From assembly GCA_963758525.1 (NCBI GenBank), contig CAVWVQ010000003.1, positions 2,528,001 through 2,592,000 of the forward strand: a stretch of DNA of 64,000 bases. Reading direction: 5' to 3'. The stretch comes from an uncultured Phycisphaerales bacterium. Lineage in GTDB: Bacteria > Planctomycetota > Phycisphaerae > Tepidisphaerales > Tepidisphaeraceae. This document shows, piece by piece, positions 9,908-20,613 of this stretch. A model generated the notes under the pieces. That model saw nothing but the letters and a program-made list of their open reading frames with translations, ran no database searches and had not been told where the DNA came from. Positions within the stretch are counted from its first letter, which is position 1, and each line of letters opens with the position of its first letter. The position numbers and the translations under genes are program-made.

Positions 9908-9972
9908 GAGGGTTCAGGGTGTCAGGGTTCAGGGGAAAGCTGAGCCACTGAACCCTGAGACCCTGAACCCTC
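9908..9972. repeat. 25-bp inverted repeat built of TCAGGGT-type short repeat units
   Basis: GAGGGTTCAGGGTGTCAGGGTTCAG ... CTGAACCCTGAGACCCTGAACCCTC, one mismatch. Confidence 0.85.
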
Positions 9973-10093
9973 GTTCGACCCCGGAATTCTTCCCTCGTTT
10001 CGTCCGTCTAGGATTTTTCGGCGTATAACTCTCTGGAATTGTCTAACGAACTCAAAAAAGGTAAACATACGACTTGGTCTGCCGAGTCGAGCC

Positions 10094-10705
10094 ATGACAA
10101 AAGTCGACATCCCATCCTCAATGCAGGATTTCTCGCCCATAGCGCAGGCGCCGTCGCCCGCGAAATCTTCCAGCCTGGAAAGGCTTTACGACCGGATCGA
10201 GGCGTTCGTCAGCCGGCTGTCGGTTCGCGATAATTTCTGGCACAGCATCTGTTCACTGATCTGGTTGCCGCTGGCGTTCTTCAGCGGCATCCGGATGAAG
10301 CAGTTCGATCCCAATAGTTTTGCCGCGGTGCTCCCGTTCCGTCGTTTCAATCGCAACTGGTACCGCGCCATGGCCGGCGGGGCACTCCTGGCCAACTCAG
10401 AGATCGCCGGCGGGATGTATGTCTTTGGCGTCTGCGGCGGGGATTACGCCGTGGTCTGCAAGCATTTGGAATACAAGTTCCTCCGCCCCTGTCTCGGTCC
10501 TGCCGTCTATCGCATGACCCCGCGGGAGAACATCGCGGCGATGCTTGCCACCGGCGGCGAGTTCAATATCACGCTCGATCTGGAAGTGCAGCAGCAGGGA
10601 TTCCGTCCCAACGAACGCGACCGTCGCGTCGGCCAGGCCGTCGCAACGTTCCATGTAACCCCCAAGTCGCAGATTAAGAACAGACAAGCGAGAAAAGCCC
10701 GATAG
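10094..10705 (+). CDS. hotdog-fold/thioesterase-like protein (DUF4442-like)
   Basis: NRNWYRAMAGGAL...VVCKHLEYKFLRP pattern typical of PaaI/DUF4442 hotdog folds. Confidence 0.6.
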   Translation: MTKVDIPSSMQDFSPIAQAPSPAKSSSLERLYDRIEAFVSRLSVRDNFWHSICSLIWLPLAFFSGIRMKQFDPNSFAAVLPFRRFNRNWYRAMAGGALLANSEIAGGMYVFGVCGGDYAVVCKHLEYKFLRPCLGPAVYRMTPRENIAAMLATGGEFNITLDLEVQQQGFRPNERDRRVGQAVATFHVTPKSQIKNRQARKAR

Positions 10706-10734
10706 CAGGACCTTTCAGAACTTCGAGCGATTTA

Positions 10735-10852
10735 CCCCCTCTCCCGGTACCCCGGGAGTGGGCAGGGGTGAGGGTGATTTTGAACGTCCGGCGTCGTTGG
10801 TCCTCGAAATTCCCCCCACCCCAGCCCTCCCCCGGACTATCAGGGGAGGGGG
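10735..10852. repeat. pair of inverted CCCTCTCCC..GGGAGAGGG REP-like palindromes
   Basis: CCCCCTCTCCCGGTACCCCGGGAGTGGGCAGGGGTGAGGG plus an inverted degenerate copy; related copies at 20688, 45001 and 63464. Confidence 0.8.
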
Positions 10853-10868
10853 AAGGAATCCCCTGACC

Positions 10869-12035
10869 GTGTCGCGCCCCGCACGTTCCGGTATCGCCTG
10901 GTCTGCGTTTCTCGGTGTTTCGTGGACGTGGTGCATCGGCATGTTTCTGCCGGTGCTGCTCGTCCGCGACTATGGCATCGCAGGATTCCTCGTCTTTGCG
11001 ATTCCCAACGTGATCGGCGCCGCCGCGATGGGCAAGATCCTGCCCGACGCGCAGAGCAGCCGGCGGTTCGTCCATCGCCATCGTGCGGCCTGCGCGGCTT
11101 TCTCGGCCGTCACCATTTTGTTTCACGTCTTCTTTGTCGCGTGGATCATTCAATCGCTGATTGGTCCGATCGCTTTTGCGATTACCGCCGTCAGCCTGGC
11201 GATCCTGCTCGTCATCTTCGCCAGTGAGCAATGGACTATCGTCACCTCGTGGCTGGTCCTGTGTGCTTCTCTGATTGCGTTTGCGTTCGTCCGGTGGCGA
11301 GTGCCATGGGCGATGCAGCAGGTTCATCTCCTCGGCAACGCACCCGCGACGAACTTGCTCGGCCTCGCCCCGGTTTGCGTGGTCGGATTTTTTCTCGATC
11401 CCTATCTCGATCTCACCTTCCATCGCGCCCGCCAGGCCACCAGCCCGCGCGGCGGCGAGGTTGCCTTTGCGGTGGGATTCGGCGGTTGCTTTGCATCCAT
11501 GATTCTCTTCACACTCTGGTACGCCCATCTGTTGGGCCGATCAGAATTGCATGTCCTGCCTGGTCCGATCGCATGGGTGATTGCGCTGCACATGAGCGTT
11601 CAAAGCGCGTTTACCATTGCCGCGCACGCGCGGTCTTTGGCGATGGAATGGTCGCCGGCAACGTGCCTCGGAACAGTCCTCGGCGCGGCCGCCGAGGTCT
11701 CGGTGGTGATTTGCTGTTTACTGGTTGTGGGCGGCACTTCATCGGAAACGATGTACAGAGCGTTGATGGGCTTCTACGGCCTGGTTTTCCCCGCGTACCT
11801 CTGGATTTGTCCGCGAGGAACGTCTCGCCGCGGATTGACGACCTGCGCCGTCGCGGTCGCAGCGGCAGCGCCCCTGTTCTGGCTCGGCTTTATCGAGAGT
11901 CGAATGCTCTGGCTGATTCCCGGAATTGCGATCGTTCTGATCGCCCGCCTCCTCACATCGGCTGACCCGCCTCCAAATGCTCAAACCGCGGCCCCCAGTT
12001 CTTCTCCGCATGCCGCATCCACACATGCACCGTGA
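10869..12035 (+). CDS. polytopic membrane protein, possibly transporter-like
   Basis: About 11-12 hydrophobic segments; SWTWCIGMFLP..RDYG..PNVIGAAA; GTG start chosen downstream of the REP element. Confidence 0.65.
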   Translation: MSRPARSGIAWSAFLGVSWTWCIGMFLPVLLVRDYGIAGFLVFAIPNVIGAAAMGKILPDAQSSRRFVHRHRAACAAFSAVTILFHVFFVAWIIQSLIGPIAFAITAVSLAILLVIFASEQWTIVTSWLVLCASLIAFAFVRWRVPWAMQQVHLLGNAPATNLLGLAPVCVVGFFLDPYLDLTFHRARQATSPRGGEVAFAVGFGGCFASMILFTLWYAHLLGRSELHVLPGPIAWVIALHMSVQSAFTIAAHARSLAMEWSPATCLGTVLGAAAEVSVVICCLLVVGGTSSETMYRALMGFYGLVFPAYLWICPRGTSRRGLTTCAVAVAAAAPLFWLGFIESRMLWLIPGIAIVLIARLLTSADPPPNAQTAAPSSSPHAASTHAP

Positions 12036-12504
12036 GCACAAATCCCGCCACGAAGACCAGAAGCGCCAGCGCCGTGAACCAATGATGCGGGCGAAACCGC
12101 CGCAGCGCCGGCGCGGCTGCGATGAGTGCGAACAAAGCGCCAATAATGACCACCGCGTCAAAGCTCGCCCGCTGCCAGTATGAGCCGCCCAGGTGCAGCC
12201 ACATTCCGAATTCGTCGAACGTCAGCGCCAACCCGACGCCGTACATCAGCGACGCGATCGTCAGCGCGTCACCTCTCGGCTGACTCAGCAGCAGAAACGC
12301 TCCGACAAAGCTCAGCAGAAAAATGCCGTAGTTGAGGTGGTGTACGTGGGTCTCGCCAACGTGGGCGTACAGATCGGGAATCTTCCGGGCCATGATGAGA
12401 TACACGAGCATGCGCGCGATCATGAACGTGAAGAGAAACGCGACAAGAATCTCGCGAGCGCGGATCACCGCTTCCGGGCGGGTGCGGACTTGGCTGCTGG
12501 GCAT
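11953..12504 (-). CDS. integral membrane protein with HxHH and DE motifs
   Basis: ETHVHHLNYG...GLALTFDEFGMWLHL..YW; ATG at 12504 (the ORF-track extension runs through heptamer repeats). Confidence 0.75.
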   Translation of the reverse strand: MPSSQVRTRPEAVIRAREILVAFLFTFMIARMLVYLIMARKIPDLYAHVGETHVHHLNYGIFLLSFVGAFLLLSQPRGDALTIASLMYGVGLALTFDEFGMWLHLGGSYWQRASFDAVVIIGALFALIAAAPALRRFRPHHWFTALALLVFVAGFVLTVHVWMRHAEKNWGPRFEHLEAGQPM

Positions 12505-12570
12505 CTCCAGATCGTAATCGATCGGCAGGGCTATCTGAAAATACGCGGTGTTTTCAGGCCGGGGATCCTG

Positions 12571-12700
12571 GGAATTGCAAATTGCAAATTGAGGATTGCA
12601 AATATTGCAAATTGCAAATCGAAAGCAAGAATCGCGTCGCGCCTGTCGTCCCTTCCCCCATTTTGCAATTTGCAATCCCCAATTTGCAATCCTCAATTCC
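12571..12700. repeat. inverted heptamer array (ATTGCAA)n ... (TTGCAAT)n
   Basis: Direct reading; AT-rich island immediately after the ABC transporter stop. Confidence 0.9.
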
Positions 12701-12710
12701 CCCCGTCTTC

Positions 12711-14600
12711 CTATCCGGCCACCGGCGTCCCCACCGCCGCCACCTCCCCAAAGGACTGCCTCTGCCTTTCCACCATCTCGTAATAGAGCCCCCGGCGTTC
12801 CATCAGCTCGTCGTGTTTTCCGACCTCACGGATCGCGCCGTCTTCCATCGCAACGATGATGTCGGCATGCGTCACGGTGCTCAGCCGATGGGCAATGACA
12901 AACGTGGTCCTGCTTTTGAGCAGCTCGGCCAGCGCGAGCTGGATGAGTTGCTCGCTTTCGGTGTCGAGATTGCTCGTCGCTTCATCGAGAATCAAAATTA
13001 ACGGATCTGCGAGGATCGCGCGGGCGATGCTGAGGCGTTGGCGCTGTCCGCCCGAGAGCTTGAACCCGCGCTCGCCGATGAGCGTCTCGTAGCCGTCGGG
13101 GAGTTGTGAGATGAAGCCATGCGCATTGGCGCGGCGGGCGGCATCGATCACTTCCTCACTGCTCGCGCCGCGCCGGCCGTAGGCGATGTTCTGACTCACC
13201 GTCCCGTCGAAGAGAAAGACATCCTGCGGCACGACTGCCAGCAGGCTGCGGTACGTCTTGAGCCGAAGCTTGCGCAGATCGATGCCGTTGAGCAGGATAC
13301 GGCCGCTGGTTGGATCGTGAAATCGGGCGACCAGATCGGTCAGCGTGGTCTTTCCGGCGCCGCTGGGGCCGACCAGCGCGACGACAGATCCGCCCGGCAC
13401 GTTCAGCGTAAAATCGCGGATGACAGGCACATTCTCGCGATACTCAAAGTTGACATGGTCGAAACGCATTTCGCGCATCACGCGCGGCGCGTCTTGCGCA
13501 TCGAGCGCGTCGGGCTTATCCTCCGGCATCTCCATCGCCTCGAAAACGCGCTCCATCGCCGCCAGCGATTTCTGCGTCTGACTGACCGACGAGACGATCG
13601 CCCACACCGGCTGCAGCAATTGCACGATGTACACATTGAACGCGAAGATGTCGCCAATCCTGATCAGATGTCGCAAGTAGAGCCGCCCGCCGTACCAGAC
13701 GACGGTGAGGACCGTCGCTGGGATCAGCACGCCCCAGGCGCCCTCGAGCACCATTTCGAGGCGCTCGGCAAAGAGACGCTTGCGGATGATCGTATGGTGC
13801 CCGACCGCGTACGAGCGTTCCTCGTGCGGCTCGCGCCGGAACGAGCGAACCACGCGGATCCCGCCAAACGTTTCATTGACTCGGGCGTCGATCTCGGTGC
13901 GATCGGCCTGTGTCGAGCGATAAATCGGCCGGACGCGCCGCAGCCAGTAGAAGCTGATCGCAGCGATGGGAGGCAGAATAATCAGCGCCGCGACAGCCAG
14001 CTGCCAGCTCAGCGCGAACAGCACGCCGATCGTCAGCACGACGCGGATCGCGGCCACGCCGGGGCTGATCAGCGCCATCTGGATCAATCCGCTGACACTT
14101 TCCACATCACTGGAGAGCCGCGAGACAATCCCGCCGGCTTTCATCTCCGCCAGGTCTGACATGGGCAGATGCAGAAGCCGCTCGAAAAGCCGATGACGAA
14201 GGCGAAACGTCACCTTTGAGTTCAGGACGGTTGTTCGATACCCGCGGTAGGAATCCAGTCCCTGCTTCACGAGCAGAATGACGACGATCGCCGCGCCGTA
14301 AATGTTCAGCAGATGAATTTTGTGCGCGTAAGGCTTCTCCGCGCCAAGCAGATCGATGACTGCCTTGAGCGCCAACGGCCAGACCAGATCGAGACCCGAC
14401 GTCACCACGGCGACGAGAAAGACGGCCAACAGCGCAAAGCGGTACGGCCAGAGCCAGCGGGCGTAGAGCCGCCGAAAATGCTTCCGCTGTGCTTTCTCGG
14501 CGCACGGCGCGCTGTCGCCGTGATTCGGAAGCAGCGGATTGCGCTGCCGAAGCTTGCGGAACTCCTCTTCTCGTTGTCGCGAAGACGGATGGTGTCTCAT
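12711..14600 (-). CDS. ABC exporter, fused permease/ATPase (MsbA/MdlB-like)
   Basis: TM domain plus GPSGAGKTT, LSGGQRQR, ILDEATS, IAHRLST. Confidence 0.93.
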   Translation of the reverse strand: MRHHPSSRQREEEFRKLRQRNPLLPNHGDSAPCAEKAQRKHFRRLYARWLWPYRFALLAVFLVAVVTSGLDLVWPLALKAVIDLLGAEKPYAHKIHLLNIYGAAIVVILLVKQGLDSYRGYRTTVLNSKVTFRLRHRLFERLLHLPMSDLAEMKAGGIVSRLSSDVESVSGLIQMALISPGVAAIRVVLTIGVLFALSWQLAVAALIILPPIAAISFYWLRRVRPIYRSTQADRTEIDARVNETFGGIRVVRSFRREPHEERSYAVGHHTIIRKRLFAERLEMVLEGAWGVLIPATVLTVVWYGGRLYLRHLIRIGDIFAFNVYIVQLLQPVWAIVSSVSQTQKSLAAMERVFEAMEMPEDKPDALDAQDAPRVMREMRFDHVNFEYRENVPVIRDFTLNVPGGSVVALVGPSGAGKTTLTDLVARFHDPTSGRILLNGIDLRKLRLKTYRSLLAVVPQDVFLFDGTVSQNIAYGRRGASSEEVIDAARRANAHGFISQLPDGYETLIGERGFKLSGGQRQRLSIARAILADPLILILDEATSNLDTESEQLIQLALAELLKSRTTFVIAHRLSTVTHADIIVAMEDGAIREVGKHDELMERRGLYYEMVERQRQSFGEVAAVGTPVAG

Positions 14601-14773
14601 CGTTTCGCACAAGTGTAGGCGCACCGTCGGCGAGTTGCCGCGCCGCGTGCATAACGCGCCTTCCCTCCTTCCCTGGTACTTCGCGCTGCCCAGAAAGCAT
14701 GAAAACGCCCGTGGACACCTGCGAGTCAAGCTTGTAGCTTGCCTCAACCGCGAATCCGAAGAGGCTTACGCTG

Positions 14774-16045
14774 ATGCCAAATCCGTTGCCCCGAGTTGTG
14801 ATCATCGGCGGCGGCTTCGCCGGGCTCAACGCAGCCCGGGCGCTGGCCGAGGCGCCGGTGCGCGTCACGCTGATCGATCGTCGCAATCATCATTTGTTTC
14901 AGCCGTTGCTGTACCAGGTCGCCACCGCCGCCCTGAGCCCCAGCGACATCGCCTCGCCGATCCGTCGGATTCTGCGCAATCAGGAAAATGTCGAGGTCCT
15001 GCTGGCCGAGGCGAAATCGATCGATCTGGCCGCGAAGAGCGTGGTGCTGGACGCCGGCGCGATGCCGTACGACTACCTGATCGTCGCGACCGGCGCCCGC
15101 CATTCCTATTTCGGCCACGATGAGTGGGCGAGCGTGGCGCCGGGGTTGAAAAGCGTCTCCGACGCGCTGGAAATTCGCAGGCGAATCCTTTCCGCGTTCG
15201 AGATGGCCGAGCGCGAAGTCGACCCCGAGAAGCGAAAGATCTGGCTGACGTTTGTGATCGTCGGCGGAGGCCCTACCGGCGTCGAACTTTCCGGCGCGCT
15301 CTGCGACATCGCGCATCACGCGCTGGCGAAGGACTTTCGCAACATCGATCCGAAACAGGCGCACATTATTTTGCTGGAAGGGGAGGATCGGCTGCTGCCG
15401 AGCTATCCGCCGGAACTCTGTGAAAAGGCGCGCAAGCAGCTTGTTCATCTGGGAGTGGACGTTCGCACCGGACAACGCGTCACGAATATCGACGCAGAGG
15501 GCGTGAACGTCGGCGACATGCGGATCCCCGCGCGCACCGTGCTCTGGGGCGCCGGCGTGCAGGGCTCCGGGCTGGGCCGGGCTCTTGAGGCGCCGCATGA
15601 CAAAGCCGGACGCGTGCTCGTGGAGCCCGAGCTTTCAATCCCCGGCCATCCGGAGGTCTTTGTTGTCGGCGATCTCGCCAGTCTCAAGATCGACGGCAAA
15701 CCCGTGCCCGGCGTCGCGCAGGCCGCGCTGCAGGAGGGGAAGCACGCCGCCGGTAACATCCTGCATTTAGTTGCGGTCGAGCCGACCGAAAAGTTCGTCT
15801 ATCACGACAAAGGATCGCTGGCCACCATCGGCCGCTCCGCGGCGGTCGCGGATCTTGGCAAAATTAAACTCTCCGGCCCCATCGCCTGGGTGATCTGGGC
15901 CTTCGTTCACATTCTCTTCCTGGTCGGGTTCCGCAACCGGATGCTGGTCTTGATTCAGTGGGCGTGGTCGTTCATTTCCTACGACCGCGGCGCAAGGCTC
16001 ATCACCGGTCCGTTACAATCGAATCCGCCGGCGCCGAAAACGTGA
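14774..16045 (+). CDS. ndh: type II NADH:quinone oxidoreductase
   Basis: GGGFAG, FQPLLYQVAT, VGGGPTGVE, KGSLATIGR. Confidence 0.93.
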   Translation: MPNPLPRVVIIGGGFAGLNAARALAEAPVRVTLIDRRNHHLFQPLLYQVATAALSPSDIASPIRRILRNQENVEVLLAEAKSIDLAAKSVVLDAGAMPYDYLIVATGARHSYFGHDEWASVAPGLKSVSDALEIRRRILSAFEMAEREVDPEKRKIWLTFVIVGGGPTGVELSGALCDIAHHALAKDFRNIDPKQAHIILLEGEDRLLPSYPPELCEKARKQLVHLGVDVRTGQRVTNIDAEGVNVGDMRIPARTVLWGAGVQGSGLGRALEAPHDKAGRVLVEPELSIPGHPEVFVVGDLASLKIDGKPVPGVAQAALQEGKHAAGNILHLVAVEPTEKFVYHDKGSLATIGRSAAVADLGKIKLSGPIAWVIWAFVHILFLVGFRNRMLVLIQWAWSFISYDRGARLITGPLQSNPPAPKT

Positions 16046-16124
16046 ACCTGGTGATTGGTGATTGGAACGTGACAAAGGCAAGTGAAACGTGCTAAAGCGA
16101 CCGTGGGCCAGCTCATGATCAGGC

Positions 16125-16340
16125 TCATTGGCTGCGGATGACTTTTAGGACCCGAAAATCATCCTTCGCGATCAACACACGCGCACCTCCGCCCAGTATG
16201 TCTGCTCGCGGAATGAACTCGAAGATCCAATGATCGCCTTGATCGTCCACGGTTACCTCATCGTCGCGATCGGCAGCATCTGCGGCGGCGTTGCGGGCAG
16301 CTTGGAGTCCTTCGAGAAGCGGATTCAATTGCAAGATCAT
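16125..16340 (-). CDS. small acidic protein, NTF2-fold immunity-like
   Basis: HWIFEF...LGGGARVLIAKDDFRVL; ATGA overlap with the upstream JAB ORF. Confidence 0.5.
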   Translation of the reverse strand: MILQLNPLLEGLQAARNAAADAADRDDEVTVDDQGDHWIFEFIPRADILGGGARVLIAKDDFRVLKVIRSQ

Positions 16341-16764
16341 GTTGCTAGAACCTCAGCGTGTTTTCCGAGCACGGAGACGGTTGCGCTCGCATCAATCTTA
16401 TAGATAAACATCCGGCTAATCACTATTCCTTGCAGCTTTCGACGCCCATGCCAACGCCGATCGGATTCGCTCGGACCCTGCTCCCATTGTTGTCCGGTTT
16501 CATCAACGGGAGGGTTTGGGTGAGTGTGAAACGTGGCAACCACGACTCTGTTACCATCGCAATTTCGGACATCCAGTGGGAGTGGCGTGATGCGGAATTG
16601 TAGAGGTCGGGATTCAATAGAATATATCCGCCCTCCTCGTGACGATTTGCCGGGTCATCGGGCTGGAACTGCCGCCATGCCCGGCCGATCTCGGCGACAA
16701 TCGCGGGGTCCGCCAACGGATTCAAGACATTCTCCGAATGATCCAAGCAGACGCTCTTGAGCAC
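16337..16764 (-). pseudogene. JAB/MPN (DUF4329/Tox-JAB-2-like) protein; frameshift at ~16605
   Basis: HEEGGYI in one frame, VVATFHTHPN...GPSESD in another: JAMM E...HxH...S..D motif. Confidence 0.65.
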
Positions 16765-16777
16765 CGCGGGTTCGCGC

Positions 16778-18103
16778 TTACATATGCTTGATCATCTCCG
16801 ACGCAAACTCGCTGCACTTGATCTCCGTCGCACCGGTCATCTGCCGGGCGAAGTCATACGTCACCGTCTTGGCGGCGATCGTCTCTTCGAGGCTTTCGAT
16901 GATGAGGTTGGCGACTTCCTGCCAACCGAGGTGCTCGAACATCATCACGCCGGAGAGAATCACGCTGCCGGGGTTGACCCTGTCCTGATTGGCGTATTTA
17001 GGCGCGGTGCCGTGCGTGGCTTCAAAAACGGCATGGCCGGTGATGTAGTTGATGTTCCCGCCGGGGGCGATGCCTATGCCGCCCACTTGCGCAGCCAAGG
17101 CGTCGGAAAGATAGTCGCCGTTGAGATTGAGTGTCGCGATGACGTCAAAATCTTCGGGACGCGTCAGCACCTGCTGCAGCGTGATGTCGGCGATCGCATC
17201 CTTGATGATGATTCCCGCGCCGCGTTTTCCTTCGGGGATTTTGCACCACGGGCCGCCGTCGATTTCGACGGCGCCAAAGGCGTCCTTCGCGACCTCATAT
17301 CCCCAGTCGCGGAACGCGCCCTCGGTGAACTTCATGATGTTCCCCTTGTGCACGATGGTGACGCTCTTGCGCTTGTGGTTGATGGCAAATTCAATGGCCG
17401 CGTAAATCAGCCGCTGCGTCCCCATCTTGCTGACCGGCTTGATGCCAATGCCAACCGTCACCGGCAATTCGGGCGAGCCGGACGGCATCGCCGAGCGGGC
17501 AAACTCGGTGGTCTTTGCCACGGTTCCAAAGCGTATTTTCCCGAAGGCCTTTGGATCGTTCTGCTGAATGAAGTCGAGAATCTTCTGCGCTTCAGGCGTG
17601 CCGCCGGCGTATTCGATGCCGGCATAAATATCTTCCGTGTTCTCGCGAAAGATGGTCATGTTCACCTTTTCCGGATGCTTCACCGGCGAAGGCACGCCTG
17701 CGAAGTATTGCACCGGCCGCAGACAGACATAGAGATCGAGCATCTGCCGCAGCGCGACGTTGAGCGAACGAATGCCGCCGCCGACCGGAGTGGTCAGCGG
17801 CCCCTTGATGCCGACCAGATACGAGCGGAACGCGCTCACGGTGTCATCGGGGAGCCAGTTGTTGAATTTCTTAAACGCCTTTTCGCCGGCATAGACTTCC
17901 ATCCACGCGACGTGCTTTTTGTCACCGAAGACTTTCGCAACCGCGGCGTCAAAGACGCGGACGCTCGCCTTCCAAATATCCGGCCCCGTCCCATCACCCT
18001 CGATAAACGGGATGATCGGTCGATCCGGCACGCTCAACTTCCCGTTGATCAGGGTGATCGGCTGCCCATTGGCCGGCGCAACAACGTCTTTAAACTCAGG
18101 CAT
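16778..18103 (-). CDS. icd: NADP-dependent isocitrate dehydrogenase
   Basis: [48 protein letters not shown]. Confidence 0.97.
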   Translation of the reverse strand: MPEFKDVVAPANGQPITLINGKLSVPDRPIIPFIEGDGTGPDIWKASVRVFDAAVAKVFGDKKHVAWMEVYAGEKAFKKFNNWLPDDTVSAFRSYLVGIKGPLTTPVGGGIRSLNVALRQMLDLYVCLRPVQYFAGVPSPVKHPEKVNMTIFRENTEDIYAGIEYAGGTPEAQKILDFIQQNDPKAFGKIRFGTVAKTTEFARSAMPSGSPELPVTVGIGIKPVSKMGTQRLIYAAIEFAINHKRKSVTIVHKGNIMKFTEGAFRDWGYEVAKDAFGAVEIDGGPWCKIPEGKRGAGIIIKDAIADITLQQVLTRPEDFDVIATLNLNGDYLSDALAAQVGGIGIAPGGNINYITGHAVFEATHGTAPKYANQDRVNPGSVILSGVMMFEHLGWQEVANLIIESLEETIAAKTVTYDFARQMTGATEIKCSEFASEMIKHM

Positions 18104-18199
18104 CTCGCGGCTCCTTCTTGGTGATTGCGGATCGTAAAAGAATCTGAATGGAGAAGCCAGAAGCAAGCGATCTGAGATCTCAAATTTGAGATTCGGCAC

Positions 18200-19047
18200 T
18201 CACCCTTCGCCATGATTTTTCGTCGGCCGATCATCGGCGTCGTACGCCTGCTCTGAATCTTCCCCTTTCACCTCGATGCGCTCGATCGAAATCGCCCGGC
18301 CGGTCGTCTCGTCAACTTCCGCCAGCGCCCGCACATGCGCACGTCGCCGGTGGCGACGTCAAACGGGTGCGGCATTCCCGTGCTCATGAATTTCACGACG
18401 CGGTCCTTGCGCCGGCCGAGCACTGAGTCGTACGGCCCGCACATGCCCAGATCGCTGATGAACGCGGTCCCGCCGGGAAGAATCTTTGCGTCGGCAGTGG
18501 GAATGTGCGTATGCGTGCCAAAGACCACCGAGCAGCGGCCGTCCATCCAATGCCCCAGGGCGACTTTCTCGCTCGACGCCTCGGCATGCACATCGCATAC
18601 GCAAACCTTCACTCCCGCTGGCAACCCATTGAGAATCTTGTCGGTGGCGGCAAACGGATCGTCGGCGGGGAGATTCATGAAGATGCGCCCGAGCACGCAG
18701 AAGACCGCGATTTGCACGCCGGAATTGGTCGTTACAATCGTTTGGGTTCGTCCCGCCGCCGTCGCGGCCAGATTGGCCGGCCGCACCATCCGCTCCGTCG
18801 ATTGCATCGTGGGGATGATTTCGTTGCGACGGTAAACGTGATCCCCGAGTGTGACGACGTCGATGCCGTACGAACGAATCTTGTGAAACAGATTGGAGGT
18901 GATTCCGCTGCCGCCCGCGATGTTCTCTGCGTTCGCAACTACCAGATCAACGTTTCGCTCGCGAATCAACGCCGGTAGCCGCTGATGTACAACCTGACGT
19001 CCCGGCCGACCGACGATGTCTCCGAGGCACAAAATGCGCACAGGCAT
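18200..19047 (-). CDS. ymdB: YmdB/TIGR00282 metallophosphoesterase; one base missing at ~18330
   Basis: GDIVG, NAEN.AGG.G, DVHAEASSEK, GTHTH, DLGMCG; C-terminus ALAEVDETTGRAISIERI in the shifted frame. Confidence 0.92.
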
Positions 19048-19074
19048 GCGGGGGAGTATAGCAACCCACGCAAG

Positions 19075-19175
19075 AAGGCACGAAGGGGCGGGGGAAGGCA
19101 CGGGGGGGACGCGGAGGGACGCGGAGGGACGCAGGCACGAAGGCGCGGAGGCACGGAGGCACGAAGGGAAGGAAG
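19075..19175. repeat. degenerate 8-9 nt purine-rich direct repeats (GGCACGAA/GGCACGGA/GACGCGGA)
   Basis: Direct reading in the ymdB-lipA divergent spacer. Confidence 0.75.
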
Positions 19176-19369
19176 GGGATTTTGTTGAAAACTCTCGGAG
19201 TATTGCGGCGTCAATCCGCCATCCCGGCGCGGCCGTGGCTTGCCCTTCGCGGCAGTCAACTACCACCAGACCTCGGGTTGAGGGCAACCTCACAACCCTT
19301 GCGCCCCAAGCCACCTCAATCCCCTCTCCGTTGCTGGCAATCCACCACTCACCTAAGATCAAACTGCTT

Positions 19370-20281
19370 ATGCCGCATTCGCTCAATCATTTAGTTCTCC
19401 CCGCCGATCCCGCGGAGTCTGCCCGGCTCGGCCGAAAGCCCGCCTGGCTCAAAATGAAGATGCCCGGCGGCGAAGGCTACTCCCGCCTCCTCAAGCTTGT
19501 GAACGAACAGCGATTGCACACCGTCTGTCAATCCGCCAAATGCCCGAACATGGGCGAGTGCTGGTCCGCGGGCACCGCCACGATCATGATCCTCGGCGAT
19601 GTCTGCACCCGATCCTGCGGCTTCTGTCATATCGCCACGGGCCGGCCCCCGACGCTCGATCTCGACGAGCCGCTGCGCGTCGGCAAAGCCGTTGCGGCGA
19701 TGGGACTCGGGCACTGCGTTATCACCAGTGTCAATCGCGACGAACTTCCCGACGGCGGCGCGGAAATCTGGGCAGAAACCATCCGCCAGGTGCGCAGGCA
19801 GGCACCTGGCACCAATATCGAGGTGCTCATTCCCGATTTTGCAGGCAACTGGTCGGCGCTGCAAACGGTGCTGGACGAGAAGCCGGAGATATTGAATCAC
19901 AACATCGAAACCGTTCCCCGGCTCTACTCGCGCGTTCGCCCGCAGGCCAAATATCGCCGGTCGCTCGAATTGCTGCAGATCGCAAAACGCAAGAATATGG
20001 TGACCAAAACCGGCATGATGCTCGGCCTCGGCGAGCAGGAGCACGAGATCGAAGCGGTGCTCGACGATCTGGTTTCCATCGGCTGCGACATTCTCACGCT
20101 TGGGCAATATCTTCAACCGACGCTCGAGCATCTGGCCGTCGAGCGCTGGGTTCATCCCGATGAATTTGCGGAGTGGAAATCGCGCGGGGAGATGCGCGGC
20201 CTGCGCCATGTGGAGGCCGGGCCGCTGGTCCGAAGCAGCTACCACGCGGAGAAGCAAGTGCAAAAATCGGGCGTCGCATGA
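19370..20281 (+). CDS. lipA: lipoyl synthase
   Basis: RKPAWLK, CxxxxCxxxxxC (CQSAKCPNMGEC), CTRSCGFC, RSSYHA. Confidence 0.97.
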   Translation: MPHSLNHLVLPADPAESARLGRKPAWLKMKMPGGEGYSRLLKLVNEQRLHTVCQSAKCPNMGECWSAGTATIMILGDVCTRSCGFCHIATGRPPTLDLDEPLRVGKAVAAMGLGHCVITSVNRDELPDGGAEIWAETIRQVRRQAPGTNIEVLIPDFAGNWSALQTVLDEKPEILNHNIETVPRLYSRVRPQAKYRRSLELLQIAKRKNMVTKTGMMLGLGEQEHEIEAVLDDLVSIGCDILTLGQYLQPTLEHLAVERWVHPDEFAEWKSRGEMRGLRHVEAGPLVRSSYHAEKQVQKSGVA

Positions 20282-20613
20282 ACCAGCCGATCACGATTCA
20301 CGGCCCGACACAGCCGGGCCGTCACTCCAAATGGCGTGTGTGGCTCGCGTGGGCCATCGCGGTCGGCGCGGATGCGCTGCAGCTTGGCGGCTTTGCCGTC
20401 TTCTCTGAAGGAGCGCTGCTTCCCTTCGATGCGGCACTGGACTTCGCCGTCGCGATCGCGCTGACTGTCTTGATCGGGTGGCACATCGTATTCATCCCCA
20501 CGATCCTCATCGAAGCGCTTCCCTTCGCGGACCTCGCTCCAACCTGGACGCTGGCCGTTCTGATCGCCACGCGCGGCAAGAACGCCAAACCGGATTTGTT
20601 GCCAGCCAAGTAA
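20278..20613 (+). CDS. small membrane protein
   Basis: Hydrophobic, ADALQ...PTILIE.LP..DLAPTW; ATGA overlap with lipA. Confidence 0.7.
   Translation: MNQPITIHGPTQPGRHSKWRVWLAWAIAVGADALQLGGFAVFSEGALLPFDAALDFAVAIALTVLIGWHIVFIPTILIEALPFADLAPTWTLAVLIATRGKNAKPDLLPAK

Noticed and set aside
10758..19386. N-terminal extensions in the ORF track (10758, 12696, 14747, 18199, 19016, 19386)
   Set aside because: They translate REP/heptamer repeats or intergenic DNA; family homology starts at downstream codons
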